The notes under the pieces are model-generated. The model ran no database searches and was not told the DNA's origin. It was given only the letters and a program-made list of their open reading frames with translations. DNA of 57,665 nucleotides, taken from positions 1 to 57,665 of IMG/VR virus record IMGVR_UViG_3300042482_000462. The stretch is one strand, 5' to 3'. Shown here piece by piece: positions 7,447 to 15,756 of the stretch; positions within the stretch are counted from its first letter, which is position 1, and each line of letters starts with the position of its first letter. This DNA is from a virus (taxonomy: Duplodnaviria > Caudoviricetes). The position numbers and the translations under genes are program-made.

Positions 7447-8969
7447 AGGTCGCCCTGCGTGATTACCAAGCAAGAGCTTTTGACCTGGCGCGTGATGCCG
7501 TTCGCCAAGGCCACAAGCGCATTTTGATCGTGGCTCCAACTGGTGGCGGCAAGACCGTACTTGCGTCGGCCTTGATGGAAATGGTCCGGGAAAAAGGCAA
7601 GCGAGCCAGCTTTGTGGTGGACCGGCTTAGCCTGATACAGCAAACGAGCGATACGTTCGACCGGTATGGCTTGGACCATGGGGTGATTCAGGGTGGGCAC
7701 ACGCGCTGGCGTCCGTCGATGGAACTTCAGTTGTGCAGCGTGCAGACCTTGGCTCGTCGTCGGTGGCCTGAAACGCATGTTGACGTGTTTGATGAGGCGC
7801 ACGTACTGCACGCTTGCCACAAGGCGCGGCTTCAAAGCGCGGAGTCTATTGTCATCGGGCTGACTGCCACGCCATTTACCAAAGGCCTGGGAAAGTGGTT
7901 CGATTGCGTTATTAACGTGACGACGACTCGCGCATTGATTGAGCAGCAGTGGCTTGCTCCCTACAGAGTATTTTCGTGCGTTGAGCCGGACATGAGCGGC
8001 GTTGCCGTCAAGAGCACGGGCGAATGGGACGACAAGCAGGCCAGCAAGAAGGCGTTGGAAGTTGTTGGTGATGTGGTTGCTGAGTACCTGAAGCACGGCG
8101 AAAATCGCAAGTTTATTTGTTCGGGCGTGGACACGGCGCATGTCGAGGAATTGCAGCGCCAGTTTCTTGCGGCTGGAATCAACGCTGCCACGTACACGTA
8201 CAAAGACAAAGAGGAAGACCGCGCAGATGTCACGCTTGAGTTTCGCAAGCCTGACAGCGCAATCAAGGGGCTGATTACCGTTACCGCTGCATCGCGTGGA
8301 TTCGACATCCCAGATGTGTCGTGCATCATCATGGCGCGCCCATTGCGCAAGAGCTTGGCCGAACACATCCAGCTACTGGGGCGCGGCCTTCGCATTGCAG
8401 ACGGCAAGAAGGATTGTTTGGTGCTTTGCCATAGCGGGAACATGGCGCGTTTCTGGGCAGACACCGAAGGCTTTTTTGATTTCGGTCTTGATGAGCTTGA
8501 TGACGGGAAGCCAAAAGAGAAGAAAAAGGCTGAGAAGAAGCCAGAGGCTGAGCCAGTCAAGTGCAGCGCCTGCGGCCATCTTCACCGGCCGATGCCGTTT
8601 TGCCCCGCCTGCGGGCATGAGTACCCGAAAAAGGTTTCCGTCCAGCATGTGCCTGGCACGCTGAAGGAACTGATCGCGCACGGCGACCGTGAACTGATGC
8701 GCAAGAAGCTATGGCCGCAGATCGTGTCTTACGTGCTTGAAGGCACACAGGACATGGACAAAGCGCAACGCAAAGCCCAGGCGATGTATCACGAACTGAC
8801 GGGTGAGTTCGCCAAGGCCCGCGTCGAAAACACGACGCCGGAGCCATGCACATCAGAAGTTCGCAGCCGCATTCGCGCCAACACCATCCGCTGGGCCAAG
8901 GGCCGGCAAAAGGCATCGCGGCCGATGCCTGAATCGTGGGGCGAGACTCGCGCAGGGGCGCCAGCATGA
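7443..8969 (+). CDS. SF2 (DEAH) DNA helicase with C-terminal zinc ribbon
   Basis: LRDYQ, APTGGGKT Walker A, DEAH, TAT, GFDIP, QLLGRGLR, CSACGH..CPACGH; TTG start after AGGAG. Confidence 0.95.
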   Translation: MKVALRDYQARAFDLARDAVRQGHKRILIVAPTGGGKTVLASALMEMVREKGKRASFVVDRLSLIQQTSDTFDRYGLDHGVIQGGHTRWRPSMELQLCSVQTLARRRWPETHVDVFDEAHVLHACHKARLQSAESIVIGLTATPFTKGLGKWFDCVINVTTTRALIEQQWLAPYRVFSCVEPDMSGVAVKSTGEWDDKQASKKALEVVGDVVAEYLKHGENRKFICSGVDTAHVEELQRQFLAAGINAATYTYKDKEEDRADVTLEFRKPDSAIKGLITVTAASRGFDIPDVSCIIMARPLRKSLAEHIQLLGRGLRIADGKKDCLVLCHSGNMARFWADTEGFFDFGLDELDDGKPKEKKKAEKKPEAEPVKCSACGHLHRPMPFCPACGHEYPKKVSVQHVPGTLKELIAHGDRELMRKKLWPQIVSYVLEGTQDMDKAQRKAQAMYHELTGEFAKARVENTTPEPCTSEVRSRIRANTIRWAKGRQKASRPMPESWGETRAGAPA

Positions 8970-9859
8970 CGAGTTTCCATCAAGCCCTTGTCAGTGCTGG
9001 TTTGCGCCCGCGCGACATCGTTGCAGATGGCTTGTGGCGACGTTGCTCTACCGATGACAAACCAGGCAAGAAGAACGGCGCATACAAGCTATCTCTTGGC
9101 GGCGGTCGCGGCTGGTTTCGCAACTGGGCAACCCACGACGAGCTTTGTGTTTGGGATGACGACCGCGAACACGAAGTAAAGCCAATTGACGAAAACAGGC
9201 TGCGGGCATCGCGTGAGCGAGAGCGCAACTATCGAATCGAGGCCATGAAAGATGCGCGCCGCTTTTGGGAGTCATCGAAGCAGTCGAGAAGCCCGCATCC
9301 TTACATTGCCAACAAGGGGCTTTCCGCGCTTGGTTGCTCAGGACTTCGGGTGTCTGGTGACCTGCTTGTTGTGCCCGTGTGGCATGGAGACTGGATCACA
9401 AGTCTTCAGACGATCAACCCCAAAGGGGACAAACGATTTTGGACTGGCGCACCGGTCAAGGCGGGGGCATATATCATGGACCGCCCATCGGCTGCTGTGA
9501 CGGCTGTGTGCGAGGGTTTGGCGACAGGGATGGCGGTGTACCAGTCCGTGCGCAATGCGCGCGTCATAGTCGCGTTTGACGCTGGCAATTTGCTGCCAGT
9601 AGTGCAGCGCCTGAAGCTGCACGGGTCGGTCTTGATTGCCGCAGACAACGACCACGGTACGCAAGCTAGGACAGGCATCAATCCAGGGCTGGAGAAGGCT
9701 CGCAACGCTGCTGAACTGATCGGGTGCGGGGTGGCATACCCATCGGGTATTGAAGGGACCGACTGGGCAGACTTTCTGAAGGAACGCGGGCATGGTGCAT
9801 CCAAGGCATTGGAGCGAGAGATTTTGAAAGGGGCGCGGTATGTCGCAACCCCAGAGTAG
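8966..9859 (+). CDS. TOPRIM-domain DNA primase
   Basis: DKPGKKNGAY N-terminal domain, VCEGLATG, AFDAGNL, IAADND, TDWAD. Confidence 0.92.
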   Translation: MTSFHQALVSAGLRPRDIVADGLWRRCSTDDKPGKKNGAYKLSLGGGRGWFRNWATHDELCVWDDDREHEVKPIDENRLRASRERERNYRIEAMKDARRFWESSKQSRSPHPYIANKGLSALGCSGLRVSGDLLVVPVWHGDWITSLQTINPKGDKRFWTGAPVKAGAYIMDRPSAAVTAVCEGLATGMAVYQSVRNARVIVAFDAGNLLPVVQRLKLHGSVLIAADNDHGTQARTGINPGLEKARNAAELIGCGVAYPSGIEGTDWADFLKERGHGASKALEREILKGARYVATPE

Positions 9860-9861
9860 TA

Positions 9862-10120
9862 GATCAACCCTGAGCCTCGGGGAATCGCAAGCACCTGGAT
9901 GGGTGAGCAGGGCCAGAAACACCGGGGGTAGTCGTCGCCCCGAAGAAAACGACACCGAGCGCGGCGAATGCCAAGGGTGCAACTCCCTCAACGACTCGGC
10001 GGCTGGCGCAAGTCCCACGGCCGGGGGCTCTACCAGGAGCACGGTGGGAATCCCGCAAGGGGGTGACGCACAACACCTTCCCTACCCCCCCTATGGGGTA
10101 GGGGGGCGTTTGGGTGAAAT
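9862..10120 (+). ncRNA. Candidate structured RNA or replication-origin element after the primase gene
   Basis: ~260 nt of consecutive hairpins, including TCCC-GCAA-GGGG, AGGG-TGCAACT-CCCT, TCCCAC/GTGGGA and CCCTACCCC/GGGGTAGGG. Confidence 0.5.
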
Positions 10121-10139
10121 GTTAACTACAGGTGCCATC

Positions 10140-10313
10140 ATGACCACAGAAACCAAACTTCGCGAAGCGCTCAAGGAAATCCGCGACCGCATTGCTGAGC
10201 ATCCTGAATATCAGGAGCTTACCGAGAAAGAAGAAATGGAAATTGGCGGAGATACCGCAGAGTTTTCGTATCTGGTGCGTTTGGCTGACGAAGCGCTGGC
10301 GGCAAAGCCATGA
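10140..10313 (+). CDS. Hypothetical protein (MTTETKLREALKEI...)
   Basis: AGGT SD; 3' part of track ORF 9840..10313. Confidence 0.65.
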   Translation: MTTETKLREALKEIRDRIAEHPEYQELTEKEEMEIGGDTAEFSYLVRLADEALAAKP

Positions 10314-10711
10314 CCCAGCTATTCCAAAAGATTGGCCGCAGGTACGTCCCATGGGGCGACGGCAGGAACTACGACAGCGACATGATGCGTGCGGGGCAGT
10401 TTCGGCTGACGTATTGCGACCGAGAAGGCTCTGGTCGCTACGAGTACGACGTCAAGCCAGACACGGCCGGTTTTGTTGCCGCGTCGATGATCGCCCGTGG
10501 CGCGATGGAGCATTGGATGCGCGAAGCCGCAATTGGCCAGCCTGAGCTTGGCACGCCGATCCGATACACCAAGCGGCAATTGGAGATTCTGGAGCGCTTC
10601 CGGGCTGAAATGTCCGTGGCTGGAGGTCTTTGGCCAAGCTGGTGGACAGTAAGCAGCCCGCGTGAGATATCCCAGGCCGGTATTGATGCGGTTAGGAATT
10701 GGGCGCCATGA
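10310..10711 (+). CDS. Hypothetical protein
   Basis: Coupled ORF; LFQKIGRRYVP start typical of phage proteins. Confidence 0.75.
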   Translation: MTQLFQKIGRRYVPWGDGRNYDSDMMRAGQFRLTYCDREGSGRYEYDVKPDTAGFVAASMIARGAMEHWMREAAIGQPELGTPIRYTKRQLEILERFRAEMSVAGGLWPSWWTVSSPREISQAGIDAVRNWAP

Positions 10712-10743
10712 CAAACTATCTTTTTCAGGATAGGAAAGGATAA

Positions 10744-10959
10744 ATGGGCGCGCACCTAGACCTTGACGACTTGGCCGCTGACTGGCCGCTGGCAAAAACT
10801 GAACTGGCGCAGTTGCGGCAAAACGATGCCGCTTACCGATGGCTGCGCGCAAACACGACCGGAATCATTGAATTGCGCTTCGGTCACGGATTTAGCGCAG
10901 CCGGGACAACGGCAGATTTTGACGCTCAGGTGGCGGCAGAAATGCGGCGGAACCCATGA
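10744..10959 (+). CDS. Hypothetical protein (DAAYRWLR motif)
   Basis: AAGGA SD; DAxxYRWLR is frequent in phage accessory genes. Confidence 0.7.
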   Translation: MGAHLDLDDLAADWPLAKTELAQLRQNDAAYRWLRANTTGIIELRFGHGFSAAGTTADFDAQVAAEMRRNP

Positions 10960-11342
10960 GCGACAAGCGCAGTTACACCCTTGCCGATGAGGCAGTGCGC
11001 CGCCGCGCCATGGCTGCTGTGGCTGATGCGCCGCTGACGTACCGGGTAACCGTGGAGCCGGCCCGCAGGAACGCCGACATCAATGCAGCCCTGCACGCCA
11101 AGTTGGGCGAGATTGCCGACATCCGCAAGTGGGCCGGCAAGCGGTGGGACATCGAAACGTGGAAGCGCCTGCTAGTCGCGGCATGGAGCCGAGCCACGGG
11201 TCAAGCGCTGGTGATGCTGCCTGCGCTGGATGGGGCAGGGGTGGACATCGTATTCCGCCGCACATCGCAGATGACGCAGGCCGAGGTGCGCGACTTGCTT
11301 GCGTTTATCGAGTGCTGGGAAGCTGAGACGGAGACAGCATGA
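10956..11342 (+). CDS. ninB: NinB/Orf-family recombination protein
   Basis: RNADINAALHAKLGEIA..WAGKRWDIETWKRLL..RTSQMT..LLAFIECW. Confidence 0.9.
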   Translation: MSDKRSYTLADEAVRRRAMAAVADAPLTYRVTVEPARRNADINAALHAKLGEIADIRKWAGKRWDIETWKRLLVAAWSRATGQALVMLPALDGAGVDIVFRRTSQMTQAEVRDLLAFIECWEAETETA

Positions 11343-11345
11343 GCG

Positions 11346-11522
11346 CTACGCGGCAGCCTTTGGCCTTCCAACTGGCTTTGCGGGCACGCCGGCAGCGCGT
11401 AGCCGCATTGCAAGGGCTCGCACGCTACACCCGGCCGCGCGTGCAGCCTGGGCCTGCGTGTGTGACCCGGCCAGGACCAGGCGCACGGCCTGGAGTACGT
11501 GGGGGGCTGGTTTGCCGCTCAT
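11346..11522 (-). CDS. Small HTH DNA-binding protein
   Basis: AVRLVLAGSHTQAQAARAAGCSVRAL HTH; C-terminal GRPK. Confidence 0.7.
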   Translation of the reverse strand: MSGKPAPHVLQAVRLVLAGSHTQAQAARAAGCSVRALAMRLRAAGVPAKPVGRPKAAA

Positions 11523-11671
11523 TCCGCGCAAACGTCCCATTCGTCAGCCGGGCCAAAGAATTCGGGTCGCGTGTAGTCGTCGCCTGCATCTTCGAGGACT
11601 TGGCGCAGCGTTTCCGGCGTCACGATTTGCCGCATTACGCCGTTTTCGTCAGGTTGGTGGGTAATTTGCAT
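11519..11671 (-). CDS. Small acidic hypothetical protein (MQITHQPDENGVMRQIVTPETLRQVLEDAGDDYTRPEFFGPADEWDVCAE)
   Basis: Hand-translated 50 aa; stop overlaps the HTH start (ATGA). Confidence 0.6.
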   Translation of the reverse strand: MQITHQPDENGVMRQIVTPETLRQVLEDAGDDYTRPEFFGPADEWDVCAE

Positions 11672-11695
11672 GATGTTGCTTCCGGCGTTGGTGGG

Positions 11696-11914
11696 TCAGT
11701 TGTCGTCGCTGAAATAGGCGGCAGCGCCGTCGCGCTGGATGACGCCCATAGTCAGCGTACCGTCGTTGTTGCGGCGCGAGGCGTTCACGAAATCCCGCAG
11801 TTTGGCGGCTTCGGTGTGCGCCTTGAGCGCGCGCAGCGCGGACAGCGGAGTGTGGCCCTTGACTACGTTGGTGGTGCCGCTGCTGTTGGTGACTGCGATC
11901 TGGTAGGTAGTCAT
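11696..11914 (-). CDS. Hypothetical protein (MTTYQIAVTNSSG...)
   Basis: AGGAGA SD; first gene of the reversed cassette. Confidence 0.7.
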   Translation of the reverse strand: MTTYQIAVTNSSGTTNVVKGHTPLSALRALKAHTEAAKLRDFVNASRRNNDGTLTMGVIQRDGAAAYFSDDN

Positions 11915-11963
11915 TCTGTTTCTCCTGTTGCGAGCCCCGCGACATGCAGAACCCATGACCTGC

Positions 11964-11992
11964 ATAATAGGCATGTTTGCCTGTTAAATCAA
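11964..11992 (-). promoter_or_regulatory. Sigma70-like promoter TTGATT-17-TATTAT with inverted repeat AGGCA-TGTT-TGCCT
   Basis: Near-consensus hexamers; operator-like repeat 11969-11982. Confidence 0.7.
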
Positions 11993-12045
11993 GGGGGTTT
12001 TGTAGCTAGAAACCCTAAGTTTGCGCATTTTGTTGGGTTGCCGGC

Positions 12046-12417
12046 ATGAGCGCAGCACACATCATTTGTGCCAACGTACCCCTGAAGCTCATCAGTGAAG
12101 CCAACGCACACACCCACTGGCGCGAACGGCAGCGCAGGGCGAAGCTGCATCGAAAAGCGGCCCGCGAAGCCCTTGGGCCGGACATCAAGGGGCCGCCACC
12201 GCCATACGTCATCACTATTACTCGCATAGGTCCGCGCACACTTGACAGCGACAACTTGTCTGGAGCCGCGAAGCATGTACGCGATGGAGTCGCCGATTGG
12301 CTGGGCATCGATGATGGTGACAAACGGCTGACCTGGCTTTACGATCAGCGCAGTGGCGGGCCTGGTGTGTACGGGTGCGAGATATCCATACGAGCAGAAA
12401 TGCAGGGGCCGGCATGA
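12046..12417 (+). CDS. RusA-like Holliday junction resolvase
   Basis: ITITRIGPRTLDSDNLSGAAKHVRDGVADWLGIDD fits the RusA D-x-DN..K..D..DD pattern. Confidence 0.78.
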   Translation: MSAAHIICANVPLKLISEANAHTHWRERQRRAKLHRKAAREALGPDIKGPPPPYVITITRIGPRTLDSDNLSGAAKHVRDGVADWLGIDDGDKRLTWLYDQRSGGPGVYGCEISIRAEMQGPA

Positions 12418-12632
12418 CACCGCGCTGCATCGAATGCGGGCGCTGCCTGACAGCCGCAGCAAGCCAGCGCGTCGGCATCGGCCCGACTTGCCTGGAGTCG
12501 ATGCGCGCCCGGGGTCTGGTGGTTGGCGCCAGGCCGCGCACAAAGCGGCCACGGCTGTTTGCCGGGATGCGTCAGGGCCGAGTTTGGGCAAGCGATCTAC
12601 AGCGGGATTGGGTCAGGGAGATAGGCGCATGA
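12414..12632 (+). CDS. Zinc-finger protein (DUF6011-like)
   Basis: CIECGRCLT...SQRVGIGPTC. Confidence 0.7.
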   Translation: MTPRCIECGRCLTAAASQRVGIGPTCLESMRARGLVVGARPRTKRPRLFAGMRQGRVWASDLQRDWVREIGA

Positions 12633-12874
12633 CAGCAGATCAAATGCAGGTAGGCGTCCGCTACATCGTGACGCATCCGAGCAACGACATGGAGTTTCAG
12701 GCCGGCGACAAGATCATGCTGTGCGCGGACGGCAGCATTGAAAACGTCCAGGCCGAAGGCTGGATGGAGGCACATGACGTGCCAGAGGCAACGCGCGGGA
12801 TGCACTGTGAGATTGACACCGCCTACATCGAGCGCAAGCGGGCAAGGTTGCTCGCAGAACTGGCGCGGCTATGA
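12629..12874 (+). CDS. Hypothetical protein
   Basis: Coupled ORF starting MTADQMQVG. Confidence 0.65.
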   Translation: MTADQMQVGVRYIVTHPSNDMEFQAGDKIMLCADGSIENVQAEGWMEAHDVPEATRGMHCEIDTAYIERKRARLLAELARL

Positions 12875-12890
12875 CCCTGCAATCCCGCCC

Positions 12891-13301
12891 ATGACCCGAA
12901 CCGCCGTCAAATGGCTGGATCGCCGCATCGCCGCGCCTGGCCCGTACCTCGCGCTGTGCCTGTCCGAAGCGGAGTATCTGGCCGCAGCGAAGCACCTTGG
13001 CGTGCGCGACCCCGGTCCGTGGATCAAGAACGAGCGCAGCCACGCTACGGCCAACTTCTTCAGCTTTCCCGACAAGCCCACGGCCGTAATTGTGTCGATG
13101 CGGGACTGGCAAGGCCGCGAGCCTGTCGAGGTGGCTGGACTGCTGATCCACGAGGCCGTGCATATCTGGCAGCGGTACACCGACGACATTGGCGAGCACA
13201 ACCCGGGCAGCGAGCAGGAGGCCTACGCGGTTCAGTCAATCGCGCAGGAACTGATGGCCGAGTTCGCCATGAGGATGGCATGCGCCGCACCAAGCCCCTA
13301 A
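12891..13301 (+). CDS. Zincin-like HExxH protein
   Basis: GLLIHEAVHIWQ...EQEAY. Confidence 0.8.
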   Translation: MTRTAVKWLDRRIAAPGPYLALCLSEAEYLAAAKHLGVRDPGPWIKNERSHATANFFSFPDKPTAVIVSMRDWQGREPVEVAGLLIHEAVHIWQRYTDDIGEHNPGSEQEAYAVQSIAQELMAEFAMRMACAAPSP

Positions 13302-13786
13302 CACGCACCGGCTTCGCCCCCAAGCTCCCGCCGCGACCGGTGAAGACCATCGGCGACGGGTACACCCCGCGCCCGCGCGCTGCTGCTGTCGCGGTGGCCG
13401 ATGGGAAAGCCAGGATGGTGGTGCAGATCCCAAAGCGCCCAGCAGTCCGCAACCAGGCGCTGCGTGAGGCCTACCGAATGCTGCCGTGCCAATTCCAGTG
13501 GCCAGGCATGCTCACCATCTGCGGCGCAGAAGACGGCACCGTAGCGTGCTGTCACGCCAACTGGGCAGCCTACGGCAAAGGCATGGCGCGCAAGGCCGAC
13601 GACACGGCCGGCGCCAGTGGGTGCATCTACTGCCACCGTAAGCTCGACCAAGGCAAGACCTACAGCGTCGAGGAAAAGCGGCAGGCCTGGGAAGCGGCGC
13701 ACGCCCGGTCTGTGGCGCTGCTGACGTTTATGGGGCTGTGGCCGGATGCAGCCAAGAACAGCGAAGCCCTGAAGTCCGCACGATGA
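13280..13786 (+). CDS. DUF1364/YbcO-like putative nuclease
   Basis: LPCQ..CG..ACCHANW..GKGMARKADD..GCIYCHRKLDQ. Confidence 0.8.
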   Translation: MRRTKPLTRTGFAPKLPPRPVKTIGDGYTPRPRAAAVAVADGKARMVVQIPKRPAVRNQALREAYRMLPCQFQWPGMLTICGAEDGTVACCHANWAAYGKGMARKADDTAGASGCIYCHRKLDQGKTYSVEEKRQAWEAAHARSVALLTFMGLWPDAAKNSEALKSAR

Positions 13787-14226
13787 CAGACTTTTTCCGC
13801 ATCGTCACCGAAGACGTGGCAAGAAACCCGGTAGCCAAAGCCATCGCAAAGGCGCACCTGGATTCGGCAATGCGCACATTCCAAATCCAGCTATATCAAC
13901 TTGAAGACGGAACCGAGCAGGCCGCAAACCTCGAAGCAGCAAAGCAAGTGCTTCAAGTGGCGAAGCTGGCAATCCAGCAACACGAACCGCCGATAACGCT
14001 TTCCGTCATCCGTGGGGCACTTAGTGCAGTGCAGCAAATGATAGACGGCGGCTATCGCTGGAAATCAATCAACGCTATAGCTGTTGACTACGGTATGCAC
14101 TGCGCCCGGATGACTCTCAACCGGGCATCATCGCAGAAGGTCAAGGAGGCGTGGAATCAAGCGCAGATCTTTGGAGGCGAAAGTCTCTGGCTTGATGGTC
14201 CGGAAACCACGGAGGAAGCATCATGA
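13783..14226 (+). CDS. Hypothetical protein
   Basis: Coupled ORF starting MTDFFRIV. Confidence 0.7.
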   Translation: MTDFFRIVTEDVARNPVAKAIAKAHLDSAMRTFQIQLYQLEDGTEQAANLEAAKQVLQVAKLAIQQHEPPITLSVIRGALSAVQQMIDGGYRWKSINAIAVDYGMHCARMTLNRASSQKVKEAWNQAQIFGGESLWLDGPETTEEAS

Positions 14227-14510
14227 CAACCCGCGCCGAACTGGTGGCCGAGCTGGCCCCACAAGCCCCGCCCTGCTACGACAGCCAACGGGATTGGATC
14301 TCCTACCTGCAAACCACCGTCCAGTCCCGCGGCCCATCCGTCAAACGCATAGGCGTCATCGACGCCCGCACAAACCCCCCAAAGTTCAACCGAGACTTCA
14401 ACTTCTGCCGCGAGTGCCTCGCAAGCCACGCCCTGAAGATGATCGCGCAAGGCCGATGCAACCCGCGGGCTCTCAAAGAGCAGCCGCACCCTGATGTTGC
14501 GGTGAGTTGA
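14223..14510 (+). CDS. Hypothetical Cys-containing protein
   Basis: GGAGG SD; PPCY..FCREC..GRC. Confidence 0.7.
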   Translation: MTTRAELVAELAPQAPPCYDSQRDWISYLQTTVQSRGPSVKRIGVIDARTNPPKFNRDFNFCRECLASHALKMIAQGRCNPRALKEQPHPDVAVS

Positions 14511-14534
14511 CTTTCTCCCGGATGCTAAGAGCAT
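14502..14534 (+). promoter_or_regulatory. Candidate late promoter, GTGAGTTGAC motif copy 1
   Basis: Same 10-mer at 27977 and 46640, each ahead of a late gene block. Confidence 0.5.
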
Positions 14535-14540
14535 GACCGG

Positions 14541-15008
14541 ATGACGAAACTGTCAAAGTCACCATCGCCTGCCTGGAACAAGTTCATCGCGCAACCTGAT
14601 GCTGTCGATCAACTGTGCGCCTGGATCGAAAACGGCGAAACGCTGACCGCAATCACGGATTCGCTCAATGTCGGACGGATGACTCTGGCTGGCTGGATTG
14701 CAGCAGATTCTTCCCGTTCCGCGCGTGTGAATGAATCTCGCAAAGCCGCTTCAGCGAGCTACGTGGACCAGGCCCAGGACGAAATCAGCAAAGCCGCCGA
14801 CCCGTTTGAACTGGCCAAGGCCAAGGAACTGGCCCACCACCTGCGCTGGAAAGCCAGCAAGGCAAACCCCCGTCAATACGGCGACAAGCTGGAGCTATCC
14901 GGCGAAGTAGCCATCAAGACGGTATCTGACGACGTTCTGCTGGCTGAATTGGCCAAGAACGGCATTGCAGCGAAGATCGGCCCGGCGCAAGAAGATGGAG
15001 CCGGTTGA
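14541..15008 (+). CDS. terS: Terminase small subunit
   Basis: N-terminal HTH (GETLTAI..MTLAGWI), WKASKANPRQYGDKLELSG; position before the large subunit. Confidence 0.9.
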   Translation: MTKLSKSPSPAWNKFIAQPDAVDQLCAWIENGETLTAITDSLNVGRMTLAGWIAADSSRSARVNESRKAASASYVDQAQDEISKAADPFELAKAKELAHHLRWKASKANPRQYGDKLELSGEVAIKTVSDDVLLAELAKNGIAAKIGPAQEDGAG

Positions 15009-15756
15009 TCTGTCGAAGATGACCCAGGCCGAGAAGGTCCGGGTCTTCGAGCTGCTGCAGGAAGTATCCCGCCGCAGCAGTATGCGCAAGCTCGACCGGT
15101 TTTACCCAGACCTGGGTGTCTACCGACGCGAGTTGTACCAAAAGCACCTGGAATTCTTTGATGCTGGTGCGAAGTACAGAGAACGGTGTTTCCTGGCCGC
15201 GAACCGCATCGGCAAAACCGAGGGTGCAGGCGGATACGAAACAGCCCTGCACTTGACCGGGTGTTACCCGCCGTGGTGGACCGGCCGTCGCTTTGACCGC
15301 CCGGTGAAGGGGTGGGCCGCAGGAAAGACGAACGAAACAACCCGCGACATCGTGCAGGCAAAGCTGTTTGGCGAAATATCGCACGCCAGCGGCGAAAAGG
15401 GATTTACCGGAACTGGTCTGGTTTACGGCATGTGCTTGGGCAAAACAACTTGGAAACAGGGTGTTGCTGACTTAGCCGACACTGTGTCTGTGAAACACGT
15501 CAGTGGCGGATGGTCAAAACTGGGGCTGAAGAGCTACCAGCAAGGGCGGGGAAGTTTTGAGGGAACGGAACAAGACTTCATATGGCTTGATGAAGAACCA
15601 CCGTTGGATATATATGGCGAGTGCCTTATCCGCACGGCCACAACCCAGGGCATTGTCTACATCACGTTCACGCCGCTGGAAGGGCTTTCTGAAACGGTGT
15701 TGTCGTTCTTGCCGGGCGGCAAACTTGGTTCGGCATCGGAGATGGTGCATGCCTGA
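14995..15756 (+). CDS. terL: Terminase large subunit, ATPase half
   Basis: AANRIGKT Walker A, FIWLDEE Walker B, TFTP coupling motif; P22 gp2-like. Confidence 0.93.
   Translation: MEPVDLSKMTQAEKVRVFELLQEVSRRSSMRKLDRFYPDLGVYRRELYQKHLEFFDAGAKYRERCFLAANRIGKTEGAGGYETALHLTGCYPPWWTGRRFDRPVKGWAAGKTNETTRDIVQAKLFGEISHASGEKGFTGTGLVYGMCLGKTTWKQGVADLADTVSVKHVSGGWSKLGLKSYQQGRGSFEGTEQDFIWLDEEPPLDIYGECLIRTATTQGIVYITFTPLEGLSETVLSFLPGGKLGSASEMVHA

Noticed and set aside
9955-10000. tRNA gene suggested by the GGGTGCAACTCCC T-arm-like hairpin
   Set aside because: No D-arm, anticodon arm or acceptor stem with correct spacing could be built
9840-10139. N-terminal 100 aa of track ORF 9840-10313
   Set aside because: Low-complexity translation over a hairpin-rich region; a better start with SD lies at 10140
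11339-12049. 236-aa + strand ORF bridging ninB and the RusA-like gene
   Set aside because: Reads as the shadow of three minus-strand genes that have SD, coupling and a consensus promoter; its ATGA overlaps at both ends are noted but are not sufficient
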